DNA of 64,000 nucleotides from Candidatus Sericytochromatia bacterium (GCA_036676985.1 JAKFBU010000023.1:32001-96000); one strand, 5' to 3'. Shown: positions 37,766-48,032, counted from the stretch's first letter. Program-made: numbers and translations. Notes: generated by a model from the letters alone, not told the origin.

Positions 37766-39784
37766 ATGCCTAGCCCCGCCGAGGCCGCCTTAGAGCGGCA
37801 CTTCGGCCACACCGCCTTCCGCAACGGGCAACAGCCCGTCATCGAGGCGGTGCTCGCCGGCCGCGACACCGTCGCCCTCATGCCCACCGGCCAGGGAAAG
37901 TCCCTGTGCTACCAGCTTCCCGCCGTCATGCTCGACGGCGTGACGCTCGTGGTCTCGCCGCTCATCGCCCTCATGAAGGACCAGGTCGACGGCCTGCTCG
38001 AGAAGGGCATCGCCGCAACCTTCATCAACAGCAGCCTGGACCCCGAGGAGGCGACGCATCGCCTGGAGGCGCTCGCCCGAGGCGAGTACAAGCTCGTCTA
38101 CGTGGCTCCCGAGCGCTTCCGCAACCAGTCCTTCCTCAAGGCCCTGCAGGGCGTGACGATCGCGCGCTTCGCCGTGGACGAGGCCCACTGCGTCAGCCAG
38201 TGGGGGCACGACTTCCGGCCCGACTACCTGCGCCTCAAGCATGCCATCGACAAGCTCGGTCGCCCGCCGGTCCTGGCCGCCACGGCGACCGCCACGCCGG
38301 ACGTCCGCGAGGACATCGTCACCCAGCTCGGCCTCAAGGACGCGGCGGTCTTCGTCACGGGTTTCGATCGGCCCAACTTGCGCTACGTGGTCCGGCCGGC
38401 GTCGGGCGAGCAGGCCAAGCTCTCCAAGGCCCTCGAGATCGTCCAGAAGGTCCAGGGCTCGGGCATCGTCTACGCCGCCACCCGCAAGAACGTCGAGACC
38501 ATCACCGAGCACCTGCAAGCAGCGGGCATCTCGTCGGTGGCCTACCACGGGGGCCTCGGCGACATGGAGCGCGAGGTCGCGCAGGACACCTGGATGGACG
38601 GCCGCGCGCGCGTGGTGGTCGCGACCAACGCCTTCGGCATGGGCGTGGACAAGCCCAACGTGCGCTTCGTGGTCCATTACGACCAGCCGGGCACGCTCGA
38701 GGCCTATTACCAGGAGGCCGGCCGCGCGGGCCGCGACGGCAAGGCCGCTTACTGCGTCCTCATCTTCTCGCCCGCCGACCGCTACCTGCAGGAGTTCTTC
38801 ATCGAGGGCAGTTGCCCGTCGGTCTCGACCCTCGCCGACGTCTACCACGTCCTGTGCGAGCAGGGGCCGGACGAGTTCGTCATGACCCACGAGGCCATCG
38901 GCCGCCTCTTGCCGGGCAAGGTCAACGACATGGCCATCGGCACCTGCCTCAACCTCCTGGAGCGCAACGGCGTCATCGAGCGAGCACCCCGCGGCGCCAA
39001 CCACGCCTACGTCCGGCATGCCAACGCCCTGATGCCCCTGGACTCGCGCGCCAAGCAGCAACGAGCCGTCTACCAATGCCTCAAGGCGGTGCTGGGCGAT
39101 CGCCTCGACGAGGGCAGCTCCTTGGACCTCACGGCCTTCGTGTCGTACGTGGGCGAGAGCCGCGACTCGGTGCTCTCGGCGCTGCGTAGCCTGCACGAGC
39201 GCGGCCTCATCCACTACACGCCCCCGCAGCACGGGCGCTCCATGCGCATCCTCAAGCGCGCGAGCCACTTCTCGGAGCTGGGTCTCGACGTCTCGCACAT
39301 GGTGGGCAAGCAGGGCCGCGAGCTCGCCAAGCTCGACCAGATGGTGAACTACGGCTACACCGAGGGCTGCCGCCGGGCCTACATCCTGGACTACTTCGGA
39401 GACCAAACCTCGGCGAAGTGCGGCGCGTGCGATCGCTGCCTCGAAGCCGCCGCCGCCCCGACCGCGCCGACCCCGCGCAAGGTCACGATCCGGGCCAAGG
39501 CAGAGCCGACGCCCGCTCCCGCCGTGCCCAAGCCCGACGCCGCGAACGCCGAGCTGCATGCGGCCCTGCGCGAGCTGCGGACGCGACTTGCGCGCGATCG
39601 GGGCCTTCCGGCATACTGCATCGTGCACGACAAGGTCCTCCTGGAGCTTGCCACCGTGCGTCCCCGCACCCACGAGGCCCTCATGGCCGTCAAGGGGATC
39701 GGCGAGGAGAAGGCCCGCCAGTACGGCGAGGCGATGCTGGAAACCATCGCGGCCTTCGACAGCGAGCTCGTCCCCACTGGTTGA
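37766..39784 (+). CDS. recQ: ATP-dependent DNA helicase RecQ
   Basis: MPTGQGKSLCYQ, DEAHCVSQWGHDFRP, QEAGRAGRDG, Zn-binding CRR...CGACDRC, C-terminal HRDC. Confidence 0.95.
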   Translation: MPSPAEAALERHFGHTAFRNGQQPVIEAVLAGRDTVALMPTGQGKSLCYQLPAVMLDGVTLVVSPLIALMKDQVDGLLEKGIAATFINSSLDPEEATHRLEALARGEYKLVYVAPERFRNQSFLKALQGVTIARFAVDEAHCVSQWGHDFRPDYLRLKHAIDKLGRPPVLAATATATPDVREDIVTQLGLKDAAVFVTGFDRPNLRYVVRPASGEQAKLSKALEIVQKVQGSGIVYAATRKNVETITEHLQAAGISSVAYHGGLGDMEREVAQDTWMDGRARVVVATNAFGMGVDKPNVRFVVHYDQPGTLEAYYQEAGRAGRDGKAAYCVLIFSPADRYLQEFFIEGSCPSVSTLADVYHVLCEQGPDEFVMTHEAIGRLLPGKVNDMAIGTCLNLLERNGVIERAPRGANHAYVRHANALMPLDSRAKQQRAVYQCLKAVLGDRLDEGSSLDLTAFVSYVGESRDSVLSALRSLHERGLIHYTPPQHGRSMRILKRASHFSELGLDVSHMVGKQGRELAKLDQMVNYGYTEGCRRAYILDYFGDQTSAKCGACDRCLEAAAAPTAPTPRKVTIRAKAEPTPAPAVPKPDAANAELHAALRELRTRLARDRGLPAYCIVHDKVLLELATVRPRTHEALMAVKGIGEEKARQYGEAMLETIAAFDSELVPTG

Positions 39785-39791
39785 AGCCCCC

Positions 39792-41060
39792 ATGACCCAC
39801 GAACCCACCCTGCTCGAATCGGCGCTCCGGCATGGCATCCGCCCGGGGCTTGAGCGCATCACCGCGCTCCTGGACATGCTCGGACGCCCCCAGGACCGGC
39901 ACCCGGTGGTGCACGTGGCGGGCACCAACGGCAAGGGTTCGGTCTGCGCGCTTCTGGCCTCGATGCTCGAGGCCGCGGGGTACACGGTCGGGCGCTTCAC
40001 GAGCCCCCATCTCGTGTCCTACCGCGAGCGCTTCAGCCTCGGCGGCATCCTCATCTCTCAGGCGGAGCTGGACGCCGAGCTCAAGACGGTGGCGGACCTG
40101 GCGGAGACGCTGGACCCGGCGCTCGGTCCGGTCACGGAGTTCGAGCTCCTGACGGCGGTCGCGTTCAACTGGTTCGCCAAGCAACCCATGGACCTCTTGA
40201 TCCTCGAGGTCGGCCTGGGCGGGCGACTCGACTCGACCAACGTCGTCGACCGCCCGGTGATGTCGGCCATCACCCGAATTGCGCTCGACCACACGGCCCT
40301 TTTGGGGAACACGGTCGAGGCGATCGCGCGCGAGAAGGCGGGCATCCTCAAGGCCGGCGTCCCGGTCGTCACGGGGGCCGAAGGCAGCGCCCTGGACGAG
40401 ATCCGGGCGATCGCAGCCTCCCTCGGCGCCCCGGTCCAAGTCGCCCCGGCCGCCGACTGGCTCTCCGCGGGTCCCTGCGCGGATCGGGTCCGGGTGGCGG
40501 GCGTCGATTACGACCTGGGGCTCCTGGGGGCGTACCAGGCGCGAAACGCGGCGATCGCCCTGGAGCTCGTCGCGGGGCTGCGCGCGCGGGGCTACGCCGT
40601 GAGCGACGAGGCGGTCCGTCAGGGGCTCGCCGTCGCGTGCTGGCCCGGCCGGATGGATCGCCGGACGACCCCGGACGGGCAGGTCTACTGGCTGGACGGC
40701 GCCCACAACATGGACGGGGTCGCGGCCCTCGCCGCCGCCCTCGGCGACCGGCCCATGCCGGACGGGCGCGTGCTGCTGATGGGCGTGCTCGCCGACAAGG
40801 AGCCCAAGGAGATGATCGCGGGCCTGGCGCCACAGGCCCGGACCCTGGTGCTCACGATGCCGCCCCATGACCGCGGGCTCGATCCGCGAAAGCTCGCTCA
40901 CGAGCTGGATCATCCGGACCTTCACGTGGTGCCCGATTGGGAAGAAGCCCTGGCGGCAGCCCGCACGCTGGCTGCGGGGCGGGAAATCGTAGTGGCGGGC
41001 TCGCTGTACCTGGTGGGGGCCGTCTACGGCGCCCTCGGCGTTGCCGGGCGGCTCTCCTAA
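39792..41060 (+). CDS. folC: folylpolyglutamate synthase/dihydrofolate synthase
   Basis: HVAGTNGKGS, FTSPHL, EVGLGGRLDSTN, WPGRM, LDGAHN. Confidence 0.95.
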   Translation: MTHEPTLLESALRHGIRPGLERITALLDMLGRPQDRHPVVHVAGTNGKGSVCALLASMLEAAGYTVGRFTSPHLVSYRERFSLGGILISQAELDAELKTVADLAETLDPALGPVTEFELLTAVAFNWFAKQPMDLLILEVGLGGRLDSTNVVDRPVMSAITRIALDHTALLGNTVEAIAREKAGILKAGVPVVTGAEGSALDEIRAIAASLGAPVQVAPAADWLSAGPCADRVRVAGVDYDLGLLGAYQARNAAIALELVAGLRARGYAVSDEAVRQGLAVACWPGRMDRRTTPDGQVYWLDGAHNMDGVAALAAALGDRPMPDGRVLLMGVLADKEPKEMIAGLAPQARTLVLTMPPHDRGLDPRKLAHELDHPDLHVVPDWEEALAAARTLAAGREIVVAGSLYLVGAVYGALGVAGRLS

Positions 41061-41217
41061 AGCTAATCCGCCACGAGCCGGACGCTTCCACCCTCCTCAT
41101 GCCCTAGACGCGGGATGTCACACGGATCCGACCGCAAGTGACGGATGTCTGCGGTTGTCGCCTGGAGAGAGGGGTGGTACGATCCATGCGACCGAAGCGC
41201 TTGGAGACCTCAGTAAC

Positions 41218-42180
41218 GTGACGAGCCAAACACTGCCCAAAATCGGTGATCGTCTCACCGACTACGTCGCCCGGGTCTCGCAGCTGCGCGAGTTCAAGAA
41301 GAAGGACGGCGACGGCGGCTTCCACATCTTTCGCGCGACCAACGCGCAGGGCTCCATCGGCTGCATCATCTGGAGCGGCCGGGTCGACTTCAAGAACGGC
41401 GATTTCGTCCGCCTCTCCGGCGAGGTCAAGCTCCACAAGGACACTCCCCAGTTCGTCGTGACCCGCTACGAGATCCTGCCCCGGGAGCAGTTCGCAGCCG
41501 AGACCTTCCTGCCGGTCTCCAAGCGGCCGCTCGACGAGATGCTCCACGAGCTCAAGGGCTACATCTCGATGGTCAACGACCCCGGGCTGGCACGGATGCT
41601 GACCCGGATCCTGCTCGAGGATCCCGTGACAGCGCCGGCCTATCAGCGGGCTCCGGCGGCCAAGACCCACCACCATCCCTTCCTCTCCGGCCTCCTGGAG
41701 CACAACCTGACGGTCGCGCGCCGCGCGCTCGGGCTGTGCCTGGACGAGGACGGCGTGGACCGCGACGTGGTACTTGCCGGGGCGTTGCTGCACGACATCG
41801 GCAAGATCGAGGAGTACACCTTCGACGCCGAGGAGATCGGCTTCACGGAGGTGGGGAACCTGCTCGGTCACGTGTCCTTGGGCTATGCGCTGGTGCGCAA
41901 GGCTATCGCCGAGCAGGGCGACATCCCGGCGGCGACGTCCACCAACCTCCTGCACGTCATCCTGAGCCACCAGGGGCGCCTCGAGTACGGCTCGCCCGTC
42001 GAGCCGCGCACGGCCGAGGCGTTCATCGTGCACCACGCCGACACGGTCGACGCGCACCTCTTCCAGCTGCGCCGCACGGGAGACGAGTTCCCGGATTCGC
42101 GGCTGGGCTTCGCCAAGAGCCTCAACCGCATGGTGCTGGGGAACCCGCGCTTGCCCTACGAAGAGGGCTATCAGCACTAA
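41218..42180 (+). CDS. yhaM: OB-fold + HD-domain 3'-5' exoribonuclease (YhaM/Cbf1 family)
   Basis: PAAKTHHH...GLLEH, LLHDIGKIEE, GNLLGHV, HVILSHQGRLEYGSP; GTG start with GGAG. Confidence 0.85.
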   Translation: MTSQTLPKIGDRLTDYVARVSQLREFKKKDGDGGFHIFRATNAQGSIGCIIWSGRVDFKNGDFVRLSGEVKLHKDTPQFVVTRYEILPREQFAAETFLPVSKRPLDEMLHELKGYISMVNDPGLARMLTRILLEDPVTAPAYQRAPAAKTHHHPFLSGLLEHNLTVARRALGLCLDEDGVDRDVVLAGALLHDIGKIEEYTFDAEEIGFTEVGNLLGHVSLGYALVRKAIAEQGDIPAATSTNLLHVILSHQGRLEYGSPVEPRTAEAFIVHHADTVDAHLFQLRRTGDEFPDSRLGFAKSLNRMVLGNPRLPYEEGYQH

Positions 42181-42404
42181 GCCAGCTGGCAGCTGCCCGC
42201 CGCAGAGAGCGGCTCGAAAGCGACCATGGCCCGTCTGGACGCAGAGGGCGCAAGGTGTCTCTCGGCAACCGCTGCAGGATAGGCAACCAACTGACGCCAG
42301 CCTTCTTTGGTCATAACGGCACACCCGTCCGTTGCCGCCCCCGCTACGATGGCGCATGAACCCTTCAAGCGACGTCGTCCCGCATCCACCAGGGGGATCT
42401 TGCC

Positions 42405-43118
42405 ATGACCACGAAACTCACCGTCTCAGCCGATTGGATGGCACGTGTCACGTCGGCTGCCGCTCTCGTCCTGGGCGCCTTGAGTCTGGCCGCACATCCG
42501 ATCGGGCTCACGCTCTTCCAGCTCGACGCCGAGGCGAACGTGCCATCTTGGTACACATCGCTCCTGCTGCTGCTCTGTGCGGCGACGCTCGGCGTGATCG
42601 GCCAGGGCAAGCGTGTCGCACGTGCGCCCCATGCGCGGCACTGGGGGGCTCTGGCGCTGCTCTTTAGCTTCTTGTCGCTAGACGAGATCGCGAGATTCCA
42701 CGATAAGCTCAACTATCTGTTGTCGATCACCTTCCAACCCAGCGGGTTCCTTTACTTTCCGTGGGTCGTGCCAGCAGCTCTCTTGGTAATGGGCCTGGCG
42801 GTAGCGTATGCGCGCTGGCTACTCGAGCTTCCCGGCTGGGTCCGGGCTCGATTCCTCGTTGCCGCGTTCCTCTACGTCGGGGGCGCCGTGGGGTTGGAAA
42901 CCCTCTCGGCGGGATACTCGGCGGTGCACGGTCTGGAATCCTGGGGTTACGTCTTGCTGAGCCACTGCGAAGAACTGCTCGAGATGCTGGGCTTGGCGGT
43001 CTTCCTACCTACCCTGATCCGTTATGCCGGGACCCTGCAGCTGGATGTACGGCTTGAGGTCGCCGAGAGCACTAACGCGCGAGTCTTGGCAACGAAGGCT
43101 GCGCCCGTCGATGCCTAA
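42405..43118 (+). CDS. hypothetical multi-pass membrane protein
   Basis: about 6 TMs, LDAEANVPSWY, SLDEIARFHD, EELLEMLG; codon usage less GC3-rich than neighbours. Confidence 0.75.
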   Translation: MTTKLTVSADWMARVTSAAALVLGALSLAAHPIGLTLFQLDAEANVPSWYTSLLLLLCAATLGVIGQGKRVARAPHARHWGALALLFSFLSLDEIARFHDKLNYLLSITFQPSGFLYFPWVVPAALLVMGLAVAYARWLLELPGWVRARFLVAAFLYVGGAVGLETLSAGYSAVHGLESWGYVLLSHCEELLEMLGLAVFLPTLIRYAGTLQLDVRLEVAESTNARVLATKAAPVDA

Positions 43119-43288
43119 GCTATCAACGTTTCTCCATGCTGACTTAACACCAAAAACCATACGGTGTTAGACCGATAGATCAGCAAATTGCAGGCATGCC
43201 TTTGCCGTGACGCAGTTCCCCTCAGGGGAATGACACTACGTTTCCAACGTGACGCCGCCCAGGGAGTTAGGTACCCCGATGGGTCGGG

Positions 43289-44269
43289 CTAGAACGCTTC
43301 GACGGCGATCGCCCGCATCTCCGCCGCCTTCTCTTCGGGCAGCGTGTCGTTGATGAACGTCCCCGCCCCCGACTCGCAGCCTGCCAGGAACTTGAGCTTC
43401 TGGGCCGTGCGGTTGGGGGGGTAGAACTCCACGTGGAAGTGGCTCCCCGGGTGCTCCTTGCCGTCCGTCGGCTGCTGGTGCATCACCATCATGTAGGGCA
43501 GCGAGAAGCCGAATAGCCCGTCGTACTTCTTCATCACCGTCTTGAGCATCCGCGCGAAATCCCTCCGCTCCGGCGCCCCGAACTCCATGAGGGACGGCAG
43601 GTGGGCCTTGGGATAGAGGTGGAGCTCGTAGGGATACCGCGCGTAGAACGGAATCACGGCCACGAAGTGCTCGTTCTCGGCCACGATCCGGCGCCCGTCG
43701 CGCAGCTCCTCGGCGAGCACGTCGCAGTGCAGGCACCGCCCCGTCTTCGCGTGGTGCTTGGCCTGGCTGGAAAGCTCCTTCTCCACCTTGGGCGGGATGA
43801 AGCTGAAGGCATAGATCTGGCCGTGCGGGTGGTGCAGCGTCACCCCGATGGCCTCGCCCTTGTTCTCGAAGATGAAGACGTAGTCGATCTCGGGGCGGTT
43901 GCCGAGCTCTTGGTACCGGTCCGTCCATACCCTCACCAGGCGCTCGATCTCGGTCACCGTACGGTCGGCCAGCGTGGTGTTGTGTACCGGAGAGTAGAGC
44001 ACGACCTCGCATATGCCCGTGGATGGCCGAACCGGAAAGAGGTCCGTGCCCTCGACCGCGGGCTCACCCGCCTCCCGCTTGAACGACGGGAACTTGTTCT
44101 CGAAGACCACGTACTCGTAGGTCTCGGCCGGAACCTCGGTGGGAAAGCCGCCCGGCTTGGTGGGGCAGATGGGGCAGTAGTTCGCGGGCGGCATGAAGGT
44201 CCGGTCCTGGCGATGGGTAGCCGTCGCGACCCACTCCTCGGCGATGGGGTTCCAGCGTAGCTCGGACAT
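43289..44269 (-). CDS. galT: galactose-1-phosphate uridylyltransferase
   Basis: ELRWNP...RQDRT, CPICP, FENKFP, FENKGEAIGVTLHHPHGQ (HPH active site), KFLAGCE. Confidence 0.93.
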   Translation of the reverse strand: MSELRWNPIAEEWVATATHRQDRTFMPPANYCPICPTKPGGFPTEVPAETYEYVVFENKFPSFKREAGEPAVEGTDLFPVRPSTGICEVVLYSPVHNTTLADRTVTEIERLVRVWTDRYQELGNRPEIDYVFIFENKGEAIGVTLHHPHGQIYAFSFIPPKVEKELSSQAKHHAKTGRCLHCDVLAEELRDGRRIVAENEHFVAVIPFYARYPYELHLYPKAHLPSLMEFGAPERRDFARMLKTVMKKYDGLFGFSLPYMMVMHQQPTDGKEHPGSHFHVEFYPPNRTAQKLKFLAGCESGAGTFINDTLPEEKAAEMRAIAVEAF

Positions 44270-44271
44270 GG

Positions 44272-44406
44272 CTACTTCGCCTCCGCCGTCTCGTCCGTCG
44301 CGGCCCGGCCGTCGGGGGTCGACTCGAAGCGGTAGTAGATGAGGTATCGGCCGTCTTCCTTGACGATCGCCTCCTTGCGCATGGGGGCCTGGTCCGTGGG
44401 TTCCAT
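44272..44406 (-). CDS. small protein (44 aa) coupled to galT, not in the ORF track
   Basis: AGGAGGA RBS; MEPTDQAPMRKEAIVKEDGRYLIYYRFESTPDGRAATDETAEAK; stop 2 nt before the galT ATG. Confidence 0.7.
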   Translation of the reverse strand: MEPTDQAPMRKEAIVKEDGRYLIYYRFESTPDGRAATDETAEAK

Positions 44407-44655
44407 CGCTCCTCCTACTGGGCCGGGACGACGCGAGCCCGCCGGCCACGGCCATTCTCACGGGTTCGGGATCCGCATGTCAAGCACACCTCTCACACCC
44501 GCCGCGCCGGAGGGCCGGACCGGGGTCGGGCCGCGCCATCGAGCGGCCGGAATCCGCTCGCATCGCTGCTTCCGGCCTTCTTGACCCACCCTCAAGTCAG
44601 CCCATGAAAGGTCGACCATGAAAGGGTCGCTCGCTTCGTCAGAGGGAGGGTCCCC

Positions 44656-45237
44656 ATGCCGACCGATACGCTGTCCACCCGCACCCGAGCCGAGCTCCCC
44701 GTTCACCGCCCCCGGCGCTCCCTGGCAAGCCTGACGACCTTCGATACCGCCCTCCGCAAAGCCGACTCCACGCTCCGGGAGCAACACGGCAAGACCAGGA
44801 CCCTGTTCAGGCCTGCGAGCAATGGCGCCGTGACCCTCCTCGACCTCGATGCGGAGCTGACCGAGGCTCGGCGCCGCCTCCAAGGACGGCTGAACGCTGC
44901 CCTCCAGGCGGCGGGGGTCGACGCGCGCCGGTCCCTCGCGTTTCAGGCCGCGCATAGCGACGGCCTGCCCGCCCTCATCGGCGACCACGCCGACAAGGCC
45001 TCGATCGAGGCGCTGTTCGAACAGGATCCCGACCTGGTTGGCGACCTTCACCGCGTGGGCTCCCTGTCGCGCGTGATCCGGGCCGGAGCGGATGCCGTGG
45101 AGTTCCAGGCGGCCTTCCGGACCGACCCGGAGACGGCGGTGGTACGCTACGCGCACCTCTTTTCCAGCCGGTACGTGGCGACCCTGACGCTGGCGGACGG
45201 CCTGCTGGACGTGACGACCGAGCGGATTCCCGCCTGA
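44656..45237 (+). CDS. hypothetical protein (193 aa)
   Basis: RBS GGGAGG, mostly helical, no recognised motif. Confidence 0.7.
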   Translation: MPTDTLSTRTRAELPVHRPRRSLASLTTFDTALRKADSTLREQHGKTRTLFRPASNGAVTLLDLDAELTEARRRLQGRLNAALQAAGVDARRSLAFQAAHSDGLPALIGDHADKASIEALFEQDPDLVGDLHRVGSLSRVIRAGADAVEFQAAFRTDPETAVVRYAHLFSSRYVATLTLADGLLDVTTERIPA

Positions 45238-45346
45238 GCCGGGGGCATCCATCATCCCTGCGTCCCTTTACATCTTGCCTTCCTTTCGTGATAGCGTCGC
45301 GACATCGCTCCCATGACGTGACCGATTCCGAACGAGGAGGCAGCTC

Positions 45347-46195
45347 ATGCTCAGACGGCTTCAGGACATGCCTACCTTCCGGGTGGCGGAGGGCAGCCCG
45401 GACATCTGTGGCTGGAAGGTGACGGACCGCGATGGCGGCGTCGTCGGCAAGGTCGACAGCCTGCTCGTCGAGACCGACGAGAAAGGCCCCGAGGGGATGG
45501 TGCCCGTGCGCTACATGACCGTGGCGTCCCGCGGTCGGACCTTCCTGGTCCCGATCGGAACCGTCAACCTGCGCGATTCCGATCAAGTCGTCGAGCTACA
45601 GGCCTCCTTTGACGAGATCGAGCGCATGCCCGATTACCAGGCGGCAGAAACCACGGCCGAACGCGAACGGCACTACTTCACGACCTTCTTCCCCCATGAA
45701 AAGGAGCCCAACTACCAGCGTCCGGAGTTCGAGCACCGGAGCAATCGTCTGAAGCAGATGGTCGAGAGCTTCCGCGAAGGGCGGGAGCATCGGACAGAGG
45801 CGCATGAAGGCCCGCGGGCCCAGCCGCGCGGCCGGGCGGAGGCCGTCGAGCGGGGACGGCGCAGCGACGTCGAGTTCGAGCGGCGCCCCGTCCACAAGCC
45901 GCTCGCCGAGACCGAGTTCGGGGAGACGGGGGGACGGGCCATCGAGGACGAGGACACCCTCCGCGTGCCCATCATCGGTGAGGAGACGGTGGTCCACAAG
46001 GTGCCGTTCGTGGAAGAGGAGATCGTCCTCCACACCAGGGACCGGAAGCCCCGGGAGCACGCCCGCCAGGAGGCCGAGTTCGTGAGCGCGGAGCCCAGTG
46101 AATCCGAACGCATGCGCCGACCGACGCAGGCGACTCCAGAGGGACTACTGGGTCGGAACGACCCGCTGAATCGGCCGCGCCGCGGCGAGGAGTGA
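45347..46195 (+). CDS. PRC-barrel protein with C-terminal YsnF/DUF2382-like region
   Basis: DICGWKVTDRDGGVVGKVDSLLV...VRYM...LVPIG (PRC barrel); ERRPV and RVPIIGEE..VHKVPFVEEEIV. Confidence 0.75.
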   Translation: MLRRLQDMPTFRVAEGSPDICGWKVTDRDGGVVGKVDSLLVETDEKGPEGMVPVRYMTVASRGRTFLVPIGTVNLRDSDQVVELQASFDEIERMPDYQAAETTAERERHYFTTFFPHEKEPNYQRPEFEHRSNRLKQMVESFREGREHRTEAHEGPRAQPRGRAEAVERGRRSDVEFERRPVHKPLAETEFGETGGRAIEDEDTLRVPIIGEETVVHKVPFVEEEIVLHTRDRKPREHARQEAEFVSAEPSESERMRRPTQATPEGLLGRNDPLNRPRRGEE

Positions 46196-46355
46196 CGCCC
46201 CCCTTCAAACACGTGGTTGCTGGCTGACCCCTCTCATCCAGCGCTCGGCCTCCCGTTCCTTCCGGAATCCGACGCGTCTCGTCCGGACATCCGCCATGGA
46301 TGCGTTCGCGGCGCGGCGCTGGTAGACTCCTGGAGGAACGGGAAAGGGGTGAGCC

Positions 46356-47219
46356 ATGGCAACCCTCCAGAAACGGCTGCCCGAGAACGTCGCGGGCGAG
46401 TTCTTCGTGGACGCCACCTGCATCGACTGCGGGACGTGTCGGCTGCTCGCACCGGCCTCCTTCGCCGAGTCGGCGGACTCCTCGTACGTCCACGCCCAGC
46501 CGACCACCCCGGAGGCCGAACGCAAGGCCCTCCAGGCCCTCTTGGCCTGCCCGACGGGCTCCATCGGGACGATGCACCCCAATCAGGCGCGCGACGTGCT
46601 ACAGGACTTCCCCATGCCGCTGGACGAGGGCATTTACTACAACGGCTTCAACTCACCCAAGTCCTACGGGGGGCACAGCTACTTCGTCCATGACCCTGCG
46701 GGCAACTGGCTCATCGACTCGCCCAAGTACCTGCCCCACCTCATCCGGCACTACGAGGCCTCGGGGGGGCTTCGCTACATCTTCCTGAGCCACCAGGACG
46801 ACGTGGCCGAGGCCGCCCGCTTCGCCGAGCACTTCGGCAGCCGGCGCATCATCCACGAGGCCGACCGGGCGGCCCAGCCGGACGCCGAGATCATCGTGTC
46901 GGGGGACGATCCGGTCGAGATCGAGCCGGGCTACCTCGTCATCCCGACGCCCGGGCACACGCGGGGGAGCATGGTGCTGTTGGTGCGCGATCGCTTCCTC
47001 TTCACGGGCGATCACCTGTGGGGCCACGCGGGACGGCTCGGGGCCTCGCGGGGCGTGTGCTGGTACTCGTGGCCCGACCAGACCCGGTCCATGGAGCGCC
47101 TCGAGGCCTATACCTTCGAGTGGGTGTTGCCGGGGCACGGCGACTGGCTGCACCTGCCCGCCGACGAGATGCGCTCGGCCCTCATGCACCTCGTGGACCG
47201 GCTGAAGCAGCGCGCCTGA
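46356..47219 (+). CDS. ferredoxin-MBL-fold fusion hydrolase
   Basis: FFVDATCIDCGTC...CPTGSI ferredoxin; SHQDDV, TPGHTRGS, FTGDHL, LPGHG. Confidence 0.88.
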   Translation: MATLQKRLPENVAGEFFVDATCIDCGTCRLLAPASFAESADSSYVHAQPTTPEAERKALQALLACPTGSIGTMHPNQARDVLQDFPMPLDEGIYYNGFNSPKSYGGHSYFVHDPAGNWLIDSPKYLPHLIRHYEASGGLRYIFLSHQDDVAEAARFAEHFGSRRIIHEADRAAQPDAEIIVSGDDPVEIEPGYLVIPTPGHTRGSMVLLVRDRFLFTGDHLWGHAGRLGASRGVCWYSWPDQTRSMERLEAYTFEWVLPGHGDWLHLPADEMRSALMHLVDRLKQRA

Positions 47220-47244
47220 AGCGACTCGGGACCTCTAGCAACGA

Positions 47245-47278
47245 ACATCGCCCCCGGCCGCTTGGCCGGGGGCGATGT
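47245..47278. terminator. hairpin between convergent genes
   Basis: ACATCGCCCCCGGCC-gctt-GGCCGGGGGCGATGT. Confidence 0.75.
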
Positions 47279-47287
47279 GCGAAGGGT

Positions 47288-47776
47288 TTAGAGCTTGACC
47301 AGGGTGCCGTCGGGGCGCTTGATGGCGTCGACGTGGACGCGGGTGTTCGTGTTGCCGCTCTTGAGGGTGAAGTAGACGGTCGAGGTGCCCTTCATGTCGC
47401 CGCCGACCTTCTTGATGAAGTTCTCGGCCGCGCTGCGAAGGATGTGGCGCTCGCGGTGGATGTAGGCGTAGTGGCCGTCCTCCGTGAGGGTCAGCGTCAC
47501 GTCGTTGGCGTCGACGAGTTGCATGTCACCGACCGAGTAGCCCAGGTCGCCCGAGACGACGAACTTCTTGCCGGCGTTCTCCTTGTTGGAGGCCTCGTCG
47601 TAGACGAGCTTGTGGATGTCCACGACGGCGATCTTGTTCGCGTAGTCCGCTTCCTTGAAGAACAAGCCGTTGGCCTCGGCCTGCGAGCCCTGGGTGCTCA
47701 CCTTGGTGGCCACCGGGGACGACCCGCAGCCCGCGAGGAGCACGACCGACAACGCCAAGGTCCAAACTGCTTTCAC
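47288..47776 (-). CDS. hypothetical lipoprotein
   Basis: GTG 47776 with RBS GGAGG; MKAVWTLALSVVLLAGC lipobox; strongly biased codon usage. Confidence 0.8.
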   Translation of the reverse strand: MKAVWTLALSVVLLAGCGSSPVATKVSTQGSQAEANGLFFKEADYANKIAVVDIHKLVYDEASNKENAGKKFVVSGDLGYSVGDMQLVDANDVTLTLTEDGHYAYIHRERHILRSAAENFIKKVGGDMKGTSTVYFTLKSGNTNTRVHVDAIKRPDGTLVKL

Positions 47777-47822
47777 GTTGATATCCTCCGCTTGAATTGC
47801 GTTACGTCCTTCCGGTGTTAGT

Positions 47823-47855
47823 GTTATCGGGCCGTTCAGGGTCAACATTCTTAAG
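47823..47855 (-). promoter_or_regulatory. conserved 33-bp promoter-like motif, copy 2
   Basis: minus strand CTTAAGAATGTTGACCCTGAACGGCCCGATAAC; 26/33 identical to 30781-30813. Confidence 0.6.
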
Positions 47856-47984
47856 AAGCGGATAAGACTAAAGAAACCTTTATTTAACAAAGCGCCACGG
47901 AACCACGGTCGACGGCCCAGCCGGCTTCCCGTCAAACGCCCCATGGCGCGCGGTTGGATCCAAGATTCGGGTGGCCGTCCGGAA

Positions 47985-48032
47985 AATATTACCCGGGTAA
48001 TATTGACAGTCGGAATATTACCCGGGTAATAT
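47985..48032 (+). promoter_or_regulatory. tandem palindromic operators overlapping a sigma-70 promoter
   Basis: AATATTACCCGGGTAATATT (47985-48004, perfect 20-mer) and ATATTACCCGGGTAATAT (48015-48032, perfect 18-mer); TTGACA at 48003-48008 and TAATAT at 48027-48032. Confidence 0.85.

Noticed and set aside
47985-48032. Tandem palindromes as CRISPR repeats or transposon ends
   Set aside because: The 10-bp gap and the overlap with -35/-10 elements fit operators; no cas gene or transposase nearby.
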